Notes: generated by a model not told the origin, from the letters alone. DNA of 64,000 nucleotides from Vermamoeba vermiformis (GCA_045837725.1 JBEWZL010000087.1:1-64000); one strand, 5' to 3'; positions 1 to 13,618 are shown, counted from the stretch's first letter. Translations and numbers: made by a program.

Positions 1-3000
1 CCAAACCATTCGTGGGAAGTCCATAACAACAGCTACTCACATCTTTGCCATTCGCTGCTTCTTGCAACTGAAAGCCACGATGGAAGATCTTCAACAGTTT
101 GTTCTCGTCGTCACTCAGTTGGTTTCGAAGGGCACGATCCGCTTCTTCGAGCTCTTCATGTGTCTTGAACACCATCACTCCGTTCTTGGGTGAAAACAGT
201 CGTGGAGTCGCGTCACCTGTTCTCATCACATAGTCCATGTAAGAGCCTAGAGAAGTGTATTAGCACATGGCCAGTCATTCTAAATAAGCTTTAGACGTAC
301 CCAATGGTCCTTTGAAGCGATCGAGAAGTGACACGTCCATCGTGTATTGCAAGAAGTCTCGCACAAAGCGATGAGAGTTGAACTCGTCAGACGAATAGCG
401 GTACTCTACGTTCCATTTTTGAATGAAGCTGATCATCTAAAAAGAGCGCAAGTAGTGTTAACAATGGTGTATAACAACTTAAAATGAAAGGGTGACTTAC
501 TTTTTGTGCCGTCTCTTCAGAGAAGTCAAACTTGACGGAGTCTTGAATATCGAACAAAACAGCCACTGCATTGCCATGTTTGAGCTCGCCAATGTGCACG
601 ATACCACTTTGATTCCATTCGATGATCTAAACAAACGAGTGATTAACAAGACTGAACGAGAACTAAACGTTGACATGTGTCACTTACTGTATTGGCGATC
701 TGAAGACCAGAGTGCACACCATCGATGATTGATTTGCCTCTGAAAGGACGCATCAGCTTGGCGACGTTCGTTGCCAATCCTGCTGATGCTGATGCGATGA
801 ACACACGAACTGCGATTTTGGCATTCTAAATCGATGGTTAAAATGAGGAGAATAACGAATAGTTGTCATCATGACTTACCTTGTCAGTCTTGAAGTTGAA
901 CAATTGTTGACGCAGTTGATCGCTGTTGTAGCACTCTTCAAGCGTCTTATTCCACTTATTATCAAAATTCTTCAGTTCGGCGCTTTTCTCTTCCAGTACT
1001 TTTCGTTTGTTTGCCGGCAATTTATCTAAAGTCGGCGGATATTCTATTGGCAGATCATCGATGATCATTGGTTCAACGTCCCCTGGCGGCGCTAAAGTTT
1101 TAGCAGCTGCCGCTGCCACGTGCGAACTCGACCTGGTTATCAACGGCAAGTTTGGTAGAGTTACCAGTCTAAATCTTTGGCAAACGTCAGTTAGTTTTCT
1201 TCGAAAACGCAGTGGTACATACTTGTTAGGCGTCGGTTGTTCAGCAATGTCATCGCAAATCATTTGTTCTTTCAAGTGCTCCAATTCTTCAATGAACTGC
1301 TCGTTTCCAGCTCGCTTCATTGACGTTTCAACATCGCTAATGAAACACTCGTAGATCTCGGTCAATCCGTCTTCTTTCAGGGTTTGAAGGATGTCCTTTT
1401 TGCGTTGCAGAACGTACCAAAGAACATACGCTGGGCATCGAACATAGACGAGCACACTGCCGTTGACTACTGACGCATCTTCCAAGTCATACTCTATTCC
1501 AAGTGCAGCCAAGGATTTAGCGGCATAGTCAATTGTTCTGGCTATGACTCCTTTAGGCTCGAACTTGAAACAAAGAAAAATGTTCCGAACAACGCGTTTG
1601 GCGACACGTGCCAACGTCCACTGCAAGAAGAAATTCTTGAACGGATCAGCCAGCTGAGCGGCACCAAGACCTTTTCTCCATGAAGCACCACCAACAATAA
1701 CTTCGCGAAGTTGCTCGATTGATACTACTAACTTCACTGATTGCACTAGTGTTGAGTAGTTGAGCTCTATGGGTCTAAAATCAGCCCCTTTGACAACAAA
1801 CTCCCATGCGCAATTGGTGCCAATGTTGGCAATGTGAGAGATGGCCATGAGAGGGTCTTCTTGCTTGTCTTGATTTTCGAGTAGCAAAATGACTTCGCTT
1901 GTTGCAGGCAAGTAATCATCCAAGACGTACAATCTGTCAGCTTTTTCATATGGAAATAGCAGCACGTGTCGTATGGTGTTGTTAGTCTTTTTCAGACTAT
2001 ACAGGCGCTGTTGAGTTGTCGAGCTGACTTCTTCGGTGAACCCACAATTAACGAGCGTTGAGTGCGCCATTTGGATGCACTCGTTGTTGTCCGGGACCAG
2101 CAGAAGGAAGTTAACAATGAGTGCTTCAGTTGAAGCAACTTGCATGCCATTTGGAAGGACTTGCGGCGGGGTCTGGACTTGAAACGGAGTTTGTACTTGT
2201 GACGGAGTTTGGGGCGAGGCTTGGCCCTGTAGCGAAGTTGGTACTTGCGGCACACCAACTTCGTATATAAAGTCCATCTCCCCACTACCCGAAGGACTGA
2301 TGCTACTATTGGGCGAGATGGTGTTGCTTCCAAGCTGGTTTATCAAATCATTATATTCAACATTGAACGGCGTTGGTTGTGCACTGTAGTTTGTTGCTGT
2401 TTGAGACTCATCGTCGAGCTGCATGTCGTTGTTGTTTGCGGGAGAGAGTTTGGCTCGTTTGTTTTTGTTTGGGTGAGTTGACAAGCAGTAGATAGTGTCT
2501 TCGGTCTCATCAGGAAACCTAAAGCGAAGGGTTCCTCGCTTATTTTTGTGAAAGTCAATTTGATTCAAGTAGTATGTTGTGCCATTGGAAGCGGTCAAAG
2601 TATGACTCTCCTTCCAAACAAACAAGTTTGTGTCTTCTATTATCAGCAACACCGGTTCAGTAGTAACGAACCAATAAATTGCTCGTGCAGTAAGAGAATT
2701 GCCTTGAGGAAGCTGCGATATTTCAACGGCCCTTTGGAGTTTTAGATCTGGTGACAGTCGAGTTCCAATGTCTTTGACTCGTGTACAACGTATCCGATTC
2801 CTTAAAATTAAGTTATAAAAGTGCTTTCTTTGTGCCAACACTTACGTTTGGACGGATGGGACCCGAATCTGCTTTTCTTCGACTGAATCCTCCCGAGGAC
2901 GCTTCGCCCTAATTTTGTTGTCAATATTTTATTAAAGAAAAATGGAATTCTACTCACGCGTAATTGCGCTGGGGTAAATCTGCCGGGTAAATATTTCGAT

Positions 3001-3007
3001 CTGACAT
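1..3007 (-). CDS. Family A copy 1 (A1): unknown N-domain + basic NLS + Q/P/S linker + degenerate GTPase-like domain + C-terminal permuted papain-like (NlpC/P60/PPPDE-like) pseudo-peptidase; runs off the left edge
   Basis: ORF 838-2841 plus hand-spliced exons. ATG at 3007 (MSDRNIYP). 3' exons read NAKIAVRVFIA...GVHSGLQIANT|IIEWNQSGIV...|MISFIQKWNVEYRYSSDEFNSHRFV...|SYMDYVMRTGD. GT-AG boundaries keep the frame. Paralogous to A2-A5. Confidence 0.85.
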
Positions 3008-3417
3008 TTCTCCTGAACTTGAAGCAATAATTAGCTATTGTAGAGCTAAAATTTAATGAATTATAATTATAAATTAGTTTAATGAATTAAATTTAAATGT
3101 CAATCTGCGGATTCGTGATTTTTTACCGTAAAATCCAATTGATTGGATCTGTTGTATACTTTCTGTTGGCTTGGTGTTTCGAAGCCTCTCTTTTATGTTT
3201 TAGACCAAAAGAATTGAATGCGCATCACCCAAAATCAATTCTTTCCAAGCACGTGACTCGCTCGCATTGAAATGTTAGGCCAGAAATTTATATCTTTTGT
3301 CGACGAGAATCGATCTATCAATACCAAAAGATGCAATATCCAATATAGAAAGGCGAGAGTTTGGGCGAAGCGGCAGATCCGATCAGAAGATCCACAAGGA
3401 AATTTTGTTTAATGATT

Positions 3418-5960
3418 TCATTGGTTCAAGATCTCCAAACCATTCGTGGGAAGTCCGTAACAGCAGCTACTCACATCTTTGCCATTCGCTGCTTCTTGCA
3501 ACTGAAAGCCACGATGGAAGATCTTCAACAGTTTGTTCTCATCGTCACTCAGTTGGTTTCGATCTACTTTTTCGAGCTCTTCGTGTGTCTTGAACACCAT
3601 CACTCCGTTCTTGGGTGAAAACAGTCGTGGAGTCGCGTCGCCTGTTCTCATCACGTAGTCCATGTATGAGCCTAGAGACGTGTATTAGCTCATGTCAAGT
3701 CATCACATATAGACGTACCCAATGGTCCTTTGAAGCAATCGAGAAGTGACACGTTCATCGTGTATTGCAAGAAGTCTCGCACAAAGCGATGAGAGTTTAA
3801 CTCGTCAGATGAATAGCGGTACTTGATGTTCCATAGTTGAATGAAGTTGATCATCTGATCAAGTAGGAGTAGTTAGCAAACTATCATGACCTTAGCTAGC
3901 TAGAATATTGTTTACCTTCTGAGCAATTTCTTCCGTAAAATCAAACTTGACTGAGCCTTGAATGTCGAACAGAACAGCCGTGGCACTCGTGGGTTTCAGT
4001 TCGCCGATGTGCACGATACCACTTTGATTCCACTCGACGATCTAGCATACAAATGAGTACTATGGAAGAAATGCCGGTTATTCACTTACTGTATTGGCGA
4101 TCTGAAGACCAGAGTGCACACCATCGATGATTGATTTGCCTCTGAAAGGACGCATCAACTTGGCGACGTTCGTTGCCAGTCCTGCTGAGGCTGATGCGAT
4201 GAACACACGAATTGCGATTTTTGCGTTCTAAATTGATGGTTAAAATGAGGAGAATAACGAATAGGTGTCATGACTTACCTTGTCAGTCTTGAAATTGAAC
4301 AATTGTTGACGCAGTTGATCGCTGTTGTAGCACTCTTCGAGTGTCTTGGTCCACTTGTTATCGAAGACTTTCATAGCATTATACTTTGCCTCAAGCGATT
4401 GTTGCCGCTCCTTTGAAAGTTTGTCGACGGTGGGAGGCATGGTTGGTAGATGTACAACCTTGAATCTGCGTACATAACGAGTTAAAACATTTAATAGCTT
4501 GTCGTATCGCCTTACCTTGTTGCTGTTGGCTGGTCTAGCACGTCATCTTCAAGCATGAGTTCCTTCAAAAATCTCAACTCTTCGACGAACTTTTCATTGC
4601 CGGGTCGCTTCATTGACACTTCAACATCGCTGATAAAACACTCGTAGATCTCTGTCAGTTCGTATTTGCTGAGCGTATCGAAGATGTCTTGTTTGCGCTG
4701 CAGAATGTACCACGGAAGATACGATGGGCAACGGATGTACACGAGGACACTGCCATGGACCACAACGGGCGTATATTCATATTCGATGTCGAGTGCAGCA
4801 AGGATGATGGCAGCGTACTCGGACAATGCTTGAACAACGTCTGGTTCGAACTTGAAGCAGAGATAGATCGCTTCTGGGGTATGTCTGACAACCCGCTCGG
4901 AGTTCAGAGTCCATTCAATGAGGAACCTGTTGAACGGCCCTTGTAGCTCTTGGATGGTGGCGTTCTGACAGCTCGCGCCACCGAGAATACCACGCAGTTT
5001 TGAGATCGAAAAGAGTGTCTTGACTGACGGCTCCAGCGGCTCGTAGTTCAGCACCAACTGACCAAAGTTGGCTGTCTTGGTCACGAACTCCCACGTGTTG
5101 TTGACCAAGATATTGTTGACAATAGTGGCGACGTTATTCACTTGCTTGATGGCCATCAACTCGCTCGGTTGCTGTTCACCTTTGTTGTCAATTAGCAACA
5201 GGACTTCACTGGCTTGCGGCAGGTAATCGTCGATTCGGAGATATCTATTCTCGTTGCCAAAAGGAATCAAGAGCACGTGTCGCTTGGTGTTGACCAAGTC
5301 TGTATGGCTGTAGAGGTACTGACGATTGTGCGAGCTAACTTCTTTCTTGAAACCAACGGTCGTCAGTGCCGTGTCAGCCATTTGAATAAAGTCAGGTTCG
5401 TCAGGGACCAACAGCAGTGTGTTGATGACAATTATGGTCTTTGGAGGTAGCTTGCTGAGGAGATCTTTCAGATCGAATGGCTCCTGACAGACAAACGTTA
5501 GTTCGTTAAAAGTTTCAACAAAAGATCCAATTTACCTCGCGTGATTTTGCAACACCAATATTCTCTAATAATAGATCAAGTGGTGGCAAGCATTCTAATC
5601 GCACTATTGTACCGTCTGTAAATTCAAAACCAATTGCTCCGCGCTCTTTGGCTTTAAAATCGACTCGATAGAGGTAGTGCACGATGCCATTGGAATCTTC
5701 GACTTCAGTTTGCCCTTTCCAAGCAAATAATTTGTCGTTGTATCGAATATCTTCCAACACTTCTGTTGTTACGAACCAATAGCACGCGAGCGACGGCAAT
5801 TGTTTGTTTTGGGGAACGGGTTGAGCGAATTGAAGGATCCGTCTGTTCCGCTCCTCTTTATTTCCAGGACTCTGTACTTTCTCGACCCTAACATAGCGCA
5901 ATGACCTTGTTCAATAATTAATAACGAAATTGCAAGGCGAATACAGAAGATTTTGCACAT
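3418..5960 (-). CDS. Family A copy 2 (A2); lacks the long Q/P/S linker; 5' end uncertain (about 5960-6123)
   Basis: ORFs 5515-5901, 4512-5411, 4240-4440 and 3418-3663 join through GT-AG introns. The 3' exons are nearly identical to A1. Confidence 0.8.
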
Positions 5961-6386
5961 CTGGCAATTAAAACCAGATTTTTTGTTAGAACCAAATTTC
6001 TGTATAATTATTACTCGATAATTTGACGCTAATACTTAAATTGTAGCTGATTCAAAATTGATAATTAATTTTAATGCATCTGGTTAATTTTCCGCTTTGA
6101 AAACGAACTTACTTAGACTCCATGCTGCCTTATTTGCATTAGTGTTGTTGGCGACCAACGCTCTACAGAGAAGAAATGTCGATTTTCGAAGCTAAAATGA
6201 ATTGCCTCCCTGTCATTTCCGAGGAGCCAATTCATCAGGGTTCGACCAACAGATCTAAGTACGCAGTAACCTCCATACAGCGCTGTATAGCGAATAACTT
6301 CCAATTACTCCAAACAAGGTTTAATTCAGTTCTGATCCAACCCAAGGCCTAATCATACAATTTTATACACGCTATTTTACACTCTT

Positions 6387-9043
6387 CTACTTACAATTGG
6401 CATTACAGCTAGAAATAGCCCAATTTGGCAAAGGACATTTCAAAGGCACGTGCGACATGTCACAAGACTTGAAAGACGGTCTGCCCGGTACATATTGGGT
6501 CTGTTCAATGCTGCTGATCGACGTGTGGGCCATACGAAGCACTTTAATCGTGCGCAGCTGTGTTTCGCTGAAGCTTAATGTGCCAGTCAAGTTGTTCGAG
6601 CCCATGAGCAGCGAAACAATGCCAGTCAAGTTGCTCAGGTTCGCGACATCGCCCACGAGCTTATTGTTCTCAATGTTGAGGTTAGTCGTTACGGCACTAA
6701 ACTGAGGTAACGAGCCCTCAAGGAGGTTATTGCTAACGTCGAGATGCGTGAAGTTCACGAAGGGAATAGTGCCTGTAAGTGTATTGTTTGCAAGCTTAAC
6801 TTCGTGCAACTGTGGTGCGCTGACAATGCTCGCAGGAATGGTTCCACTGAATCTATTGTTGTCCAGTCGGAGGGTACTAAGTGAAGCCATGTGCGCGAGT
6901 TCTTCAGGAATCGTGCCGGTCAAGTCATTTTGTTGAAGTTGAAGCACTTGCAATTGTGTCAATGCAGGAATGTCCGATGACAGAGTTCCGCTGATATGAT
7001 TGCCAGATAAATCCACTTCAATTAGCGTTGTTAATTCGAACAAGCTCGATGAAATTGTGCCGCTGAGACCATTTTCTTGCAATGCTAGCTTCGTAACAGA
7101 TTTGCCTGTGCAGCTCACGCCGTACCACGTGCAAATAGGTGTAGATTTGTTGAGCCAGCCAATATTATGTCTCCAATTCTGGCCACTTGTAGAGAGATAA
7201 AGGTCTTTGAAGACGCGCTCGATCAGCGGATCTTGAGGTTCAGCAGGACTCAAGTGGGCAGGCGTCAATGGGTCCGTAGGAACATGAGTAATATGTCCAG
7301 GAATGGCCATGACTGCAATCATCGCACCAACACCTACTATGGCGAGACCGGCTATCAAGATGATAACTTTCCAGATCGTGCTGAATCCTGGACCGGATTC
7401 GCCAGATTCGTTCTCTTTTGTCTTCACAGGCTCCTTCTTGGCTTTCTTCGTCTTTTCTTTTTGGATGAACTCTTCGTATATCGAATCAAAAGTTTGATGG
7501 AACTTCGTTTTGTCTGTCTTAATGTTTCGAATGTCGTTGTAATTGGCACGAACCGATTCACTCAGATATGGTAGTAAAGCTTCATAATCGACATGAAGCA
7601 CACCTAGAAAATATCATCATCAGTTCAATATACTAATTTACCACAGTAGGCTCGATGGAACTCACCATCAATGAGCTGAACAGCCTCGGGAACCACACTC
7701 TCCACTTGTTGTGCAATGTAGCCAACAAATCGTCTGTTCGTGTCTGGATGCACTTCTTGCTTGAACTTGTAGTCAACACCGTCGATCTTTAGCAAAGTGT
7801 CACGGCAATCGTGATCTGAAGTCGAGAAATGACACGTGTCAGTTATGTGTTACATGCACGATTATGCTGACGGTAGGAAGCGTAAAGTGCTATAGCTAAC
7901 GCTTCCTAAGTACCTTCAACAAGTAGCCTGATGTCCTCTTTGATATTGATGTCTGATGACTTGTAGAAGTTCAATGCTCTGAAGTTTCCGATCACCTCGG
8001 CGTTGCCGTTGTAAAGTACCATGTAATTCTCGTTCTGCACCTGCTGTGGTATATCTTCGTAAGGAGAATAATGTTGTTGCAAGGTTGGTAGATTTGGGTT
8101 AGGAAACATTAGCAATTCGTAGTCGGAACTAGATGCGGCGGGTTAGCAAGCCTTAAATTGAAAGCGTTGGTACTGGTAATTAACTTACTAATGCCCAGAT
8201 AATAGTTCTTGCTGAGGGCTATTCGATATTACTACATTTGTATTGGAACCAGGCCTAAGTAACACAGGAGTTTTAATAACGCCTTAGCGGAGCGAAATTA
8301 TTGATGCTTACGCTATGTAACTCGTAGAGCTTGCGTATGATTCTATCGAAGGGCTCGTGTAATAATCGTGCGATGCGTTTGCAATATTCGCTGTTGTATC
8401 CATATCCGCACGTGCCTCGCTTTGATCGGGCTTAGGTTCACTCGTAAGAGGATCCCAGTCGATTGATAGCCTAACTATAATAACGTGTAAATACTTTTGA
8501 GCCTAACAACGAAGTTTGAAACTAAAATGGGAATTGGGTCCCATCAGAGATGGCGGCTAAAACAAAATAATAATTACCCTCATCGCCGCCATCGCTATCT
8601 AAATCATTTCCATGTCTTCGCTTTGGCAATACTTTGAATAGCGCAGATACTCCTTGATTCTTGTTCGCTCCATCCACGCAGTAAATTGCTGATATTCTTA
8701 CGAGCTGCTCTTTCATTTTTCTAAAATCGAATACTCCATGGCTGACTTTAATTCTAATTATTACACCTTCAATTTCCTCGGTTTGAGGGTTCTTTTGAAA
8801 ACTGAGCGGATGCCTTTTTCCCCACGTTGCCCAATCCTCATAAGTGCGTTCGGCATATTCTCTGTCGGCTAAACAATATAATTGCAGTTGATATACATGC
8901 ACTTGGCCTGTTGCTGTGTCTTTGAGTGAAAAACCGAAACGATTATTGCCCGGATTTGGTGTTAGTCGGTCCACTTGATGGCCAACAGGGCAAACTAAGG
9001 GTACGTACACCCTAAATAAATTTCTTACGTGTACTTTCTGCAT
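6387..9043 (-). CDS. Family B copy 1 (B1): putative DBD + NLS + Peptidase S74/ICA autocleavage domain + coiled coil + TM + LRR ectodomain (MYRF-like architecture)
   Basis: Exon 1 MQKVHVRN...SALFKVLPKRR. ICA exons FYKSSDINIKEDIRLLVE|DHDCRDTLLKIDGVDYKFK...FVGYIAQQVESVVPEAVQLIDG|VLHVDYEALLPYL. TM VIILIAGLAIVGVGAMIAVMAI. LRRNT (ICTWYGVSC) and LxxNxLSGTIP repeats. Confidence 0.9.
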
Positions 9044-9192
9044 GGAGGAAGACAATGATTCTGTTTTCGTGTCGCGATAGACGTCAAATGGGTGACACCC
9101 CGAGATCTCGCGAGTTGTATTTCTTATGCAAGCACATTGAAAAGGGTGTGTAGTGAATCGTTATTATTTACAGCAAAAACTATTAACATAAA

Positions 9193-11828
9193 TTAGCTAC
9201 AGGTGGCTTTACATTTAGCTGCCCAACTCGGCAGCGGGCAAATGAACGGAGTACCGCTCGCGTCACATCTGTTGAAGTTTGGACTCGGACTAGGCTCTTG
9301 CTCCACCAAGTGTTTGATCTTCGTATGCGATACATCAAACACTGTTAGTGTTTTTAACTGATCGGAACTGAGCACCAGCGTGTCGTTGAAGTTATTGTAC
9401 GACAGATCTAGCACTACCAAACTCGACATTTCCGTAATGGTATGGAGGTTGCCATAGAAGCTATTATTAGACAAGTTCAAGTGCGTTGTTGACCATGAAA
9501 GAGATATCGTGCCTTCGAGGCGGTTGTGGCTCAGATCTAGCCTCGAGATGACAAACTGCGGGATCACGCCGGTAAATTTGTTTCTTGATAGGTTCAGCTC
9601 GACCATCGCTAATTGTATGCCCATCAAATCCGGAATAGTACCCGAAAGCTCGTTGTTGCTGAGATCCATAACTATGAGGCTAGTTTGAATATATTCTTTC
9701 GGTATCGTGCCACTGAACTTATTTCCGCCGAAAATCAAAGTTCGAAGCTCTTTGTTCTCTAATACTACCGCGGGAAGGGATCCTTCTAGTAAGTTGTTCG
9801 TCAAATTGAGCAGTGTTAAATTTCCTAATTCGGAAAAAGAGTCTGGGATGGTTCCCACCAAGTTATTGGAAGGTAAATTGAGCTCCACAACGGCAGAATT
9901 CTTGCACTTGACGCCAAACCATTTGCATACAGTAACGCTCGTGTTCAGCCAGTTATCTCGTATCTTCCAGTTCGGTCCGTTCGTTGCTTCATAAAACTCT
10001 TTCAGTGCGATGAACGTAGCAGACTTTTCTTCCCCAACGGGTTCGAGGGGTATTTCAGGCACGCTCGGCGGGGTGTTAGGCACTGGATCGTGATGTTGTG
10101 ACATTACCACTAAGTAGGTAACGAGGCCTATTGTTGCACACGTCGCTACAATACTGATAATGATTATAGTCTTCCACAGCGTGCTCAGGCCCTTCTTGCT
10201 CGGAGCTGGTCTCTTGGTACCTCGTCTGCTGCTCTCAGTGACAGCAACTGGTGTTTTGAGGTCTTCTTTCTTCACAAACTGCTCGTACATACTGTCAATA
10301 GCTTGCTGTATCCGATCTGCCTTCGCGTTAACATCCTTGATGTCATTGAAGTTCTGCTTGATAGACTCGCTTAGATATGGTATCAGAGACTCATAGTCAA
10401 CGTGCAGCACACCTATATGAAGTTAATTAGTTTAACAGGGCTTATTGACTGGATGGAACTCACCATCAATGAGCTGAACAGCTTCAGGAACAACACTCTC
10501 CACTTGTTGTGCAATGTAGCCAACAAATCGTCTGTTCGTGTCTGGATGCACTCCTTGCTTGAACTTGTAGTTTACTCCGTCGATTTGAAGCAAAGTGTCA
10601 CGGCAGTCATGGTCTGAAGTACCATAAATGACACGTGTCAGTCATGAATTACGCGCACGATTATGCTGATGGTAGGCAGTGCAAAGTGCCATAGCCAATG
10701 CCTCGTACGTACCTTCAACGAGCAGCCTGATGTCCTCTTTGATATTGATGTCTGATGACTTGTAGAAGTTCAATGCTCTGAAGTTACCAACGACTTCTGC
10801 ATTGCCGTTGTAAAGTACCATATAATTCTCATTTTGCGGTGAAATGTACTGCAACTCTGCTCGTTGTTGCATGGCGTAATCAATGTTATTGGTATTAAAG
10901 CCTTGCATTTGCTCGTAATCATCCGGTGACGAAGAGCTAAAAAAAAAGAGTTAGAGATCCAAAACTAGCATAATTGATTATCGAACTTACTAGAACTTAT
11001 TAACATCCTCGGGCACGGGACTCGCTGAATTTGAAGAAGTTTCGGCGACCACTGAAGACGTCTTTCTAATCCAACGGTTAAAAATAATCTTTTGTATACA
11101 GAAGGTTAGGCAAGCTTACAATTGGTCATCAGGGCTATCATAGCTTGAATATGAGCCAGAAACATCGAATGGATTGTAATTGTCGGAATTGAGGCCTTGG
11201 CTGCTAGCCGACAGGGATGACGGATCGTTAATGCCACTTCCCGTGTTTGGTTCCCAATTAATGGGAATACATACTATAAAATATAATGTAAATAATCACG
11301 ATTATGCAAATATTATCCGTAATCATTAATGATTCACGCCACGTAAAGTCCAGATTAAGTATTTTAGGACGCTAGTTAGGGCTTACCTTCATCTTCATCT
11401 GCAGCTGTTCGTCTTTTAGGCAAGATTTTAATAATCGGAGAGGCTGCACGTTGTTGTAGAATTCCATCCACGGAATAGTTCAGTGCTATCCGCGCCAGTT
11501 GCTCATTTAATTTTCTAAAATCAAATACTCCATGATTTACTTTAATTCTAATTAATACTCCTTCAATTTGATCATTCTCCGTCGTTTGAAAGCAGATCGG
11601 ACTTCGCTTTGCCCAAGTCGCCCAGTTTTCGTAGGATCTTGAGGGCTTTTCGTCATCAGCAATGCAGAATAATTCTAAGTGATAATTGTGCGTCCGATTT
11701 GTTGCCTTGTCTTTAAGAACAAAGCCGAATGGATTATCCGGCGGAGTTAACATCTGAAGTTGATACCCCGGAGGGCACGCTAAAGGCACGTATAGCCTGA
11801 AGAAGTGCCGAATATGCACCTTCTGCAT
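9193..11828 (-). CDS. Family B copy 2 (B2): DBD-ICA-TM-LRR
   Basis: ORFs 11376-11828, 10642-10908 and 9193-10410 plus a spliced ICA exon at about 10464-10613. Same ICA exon pattern and SSDINIK motif as B1. Confidence 0.9.
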
Positions 11829-12130
11829 TCTTTAATTACGTGTCGTTGCAAAAATGAACTCCAACAACCGATTGACAGGTGGTATAAACCGGATGGGACA
11901 AAGACGAGACAATTCCTTTTGTCGTCCAATTTTTCTATTTTGCGCAAATGCACGAGCGACTTGCAACTCATATTGTTAAGTATCTTTAGGTCTTTGCTCT
12001 TTATTGAACCATTGCGATTGCGGAAAACTGGAATCCATTGTTTGATTGATTTCATTTAAGTTGACATTGCATAAAAACAGCAACAATGCTTGAAAACCTA
12101 CCAGTAGATTAATTAATTGATATTGGCCAC

Positions 12131-13618
12131 ATGAATCATTCTGCGATAGAAAAGTAAGGTGCAGAGCAATGAACTTAATTATTTATTTAATTAAAATGCC
12201 TTTACAATAATAAAATATAATTAATTCGTGTTAATTTTTGCTCAATTTTTACCCATTTAGGGCAGCCACTCCACTAGATGCTAGAAATCCGCTGATGGCC
12301 AACAATGAGCCTGCCGCAATTATTACCGCATTAACTATGAAGCCATCGAGCAATTCGACAACAATGATGTACATGCTAGAAGCTTTAACGGTGCGTGTAC
12401 AGCTTGAGCTCCAATCCCGAGTCGTGCACGAAGATCTTATTGCTGCTGAGTTAGTAAGCTTTCTTCATCACCTTAGCACGAGCATTAGGAAATTATTATT
12501 TTGTATTTTCCAAGCTTGCAGAGTTTATTGCAACGCAAATAACCAAAATTTTTTTCGAGGTCACGAATCTAATCCACCAAGCTAATCCTGATGGTCGCTG
12601 GCATCATATTCCAATGGAGCTTGAACGATCAACGTATTTTACTCCCTCGAGCAACAGTTCTTACAACTTCAAAACTACTCTCATGTGCACGACAGAGGGC
12701 AAGTTCGAGTTCACGTCGAGGATCCGCAACAATAAAGGAGGTATGTACATTACTAAATAATAGATACTTTACCAATATGACGAACTTGTTGTTATTTTGC
12801 CGTCATACAAGTATTTAATCGGATCTGAACTTTTTTCTTAGATTGGATCTGGATCGGTTCATATGGCTCTAATGCAATCGTGGACGTGTTCCCGCCTAAC
12901 CCTAACTCTAAGTGGACACAGGGACCACAATACAACGAAGTAGCACCGAACTTTTTTGTTGGAAATTTTATTGCCGCGAACCAGGTACGCATCCGACTTG
13001 AAAATATTGTATACTAGCAGTTATATTAATTGATATCGTATTGTCTATAGGCCGCTTCATTAGGCTTTACAGCAATTCTGAACATGGCTGAGGAACTTGA
13101 CGTCATAATTCCTGCTACTGAGGGCGTGGCGCCGATTCAATACAAAAAGATTCCTGTCCCTGGTACGCATTTTAAATATTCGCAAATATACTAGCATTTA
13201 ATTTCATTGAGGCCTCAAAACACATCCGATCTTGAACAAAGATCCGGTTTAGTTTATTTGTTTCTCGCACGAGAAATTCATCTTATGTAGTTTTTGATTA
13301 CATATATTAATAGCGAACTAACAAATTGTTGTACGATTAGACGGAGCTTCTCATCCGATCGCAACTCCACTCGTTGCTCAAGCAGTGGATTGGATCGAGC
13401 AAATGTTGGCTGACGGACGCAAAGTCTTGGTGCATTGCAGGGCGGGAATAGGACGGTCAGGGTCTATCGGTATAGCCTATCTCTATAAGACTAATCCTAC
13501 ATGGAGCTACGACCAGGTGACGAAGTTCATCTGGTCAAAAAAGCCCGATGTTTATCCGCACAAGAATTTGCACGAGAGTTTGAATCGATTGTACCCTAGA
13601 GCTGTAGAACCTACCTGA
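12131..13618 (+). CDS. Dual-specificity phosphatase with an N-terminal beta-rich, possibly carbohydrate-binding, domain (laforin-like layout)
   Basis: Active-site VHCRAGIGRS (CX5R). Hand-spliced upstream exons give GRWHHIPME...GKFEFTSRIR...DWIWIGSYGSN, then EVAPNFFVGNF...AILNMAEE. The start codon is tentative. Confidence 0.8.

Noticed and set aside
6387-7601. Calling the LRR ORFs stand-alone receptor-like proteins or receptor kinases
   Set aside because: There is no kinase domain. The ORFs begin with the last strand of the S74 domain (VDY) after a splice acceptor, so they are terminal exons of family B.
7660-8035. Prophage or phage tail-fibre remnant suggested by Peptidase S74
   Set aside because: The domain is interrupted by spliceosomal introns and fused to TM-LRR, and there are no other phage genes.
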